17,885 bases of DNA. Origin: Myxococcota bacterium (GTDB lineage: Bacteria; Myxococcota; XYA12-FULL-58-9; JALHOP01). The translations under genes and the position numbers were made by a program. Within the stretch, counting starts at the first letter, position 1. Every line of letters starts with the position of its first letter. This document shows positions 17,745-17,885 of this stretch, in pieces. The notes beneath the pieces were generated by a model that was given only the letters and a program-made list of their open reading frames with translations, was not told the DNA's origin and ran no database searches. The stretch lies in contig JBGGMJ010000138.1 of assembly GCA_041288095.1 (NCBI GenBank), positions 1 to 17,885 on the forward strand, written 5' to 3'.

Positions 17745-17885
17745 CGACACGTCAGTGGGCGTCACGAGAAGCTTTCTTGTTTGTGCGTGCGGGTCCGCTG
17801 AGGTTCTAGTCGTAAAGACTAGATGACTCGGCACGGTGCTGAACACACCGCAATAAAATGTTCACAGCGTAATACCGACCACGCA
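17745..17885. repeat. Terminal direct repeat, right copy (identical to 1-141)
   Basis: Exact 141-nt identity with the window start. Confidence 0.97.

Overview
High-GC bacterial DNA, most likely Myxococcota (judged from 16S motifs and myxobacteria-style Cys-rich PilY1; not database-verified). The last 141 nt (17745-17885) are identical to the first 141 nt, so the contig closes into a 17,744-bp circle. Read across that junction, it holds one complete stand-alone 16S rRNA unit: sigma70-type promoter, boxA, structured leader, 16S gene, 3' processing arm and intrinsic terminator, with no 23S, 5S or tRNA. Next come a small hypothetical gene, an orphan GAF-GAF histidine kinase, a CsgG-like/TPR lipoprotein with a DUF4412-like partner, an SDR and a RidA-family gene. 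A tightly coupled type IV pilus priming cluster follows: pilX, an M23 peptidase lipoprotein, pilY1 (with a Cys-rich repeat insert), fimU, pilV and pilW. The last gene is a secreted beta-propeller protein with two expansin/CBM63-like C-terminal repeats. No replication initiator, integrase or transposase is recognisable. The circle may therefore be an assembly loop between two direct rrn copies, an rrn-recombination circle, or, least likely, a true 16S-bearing replicon.
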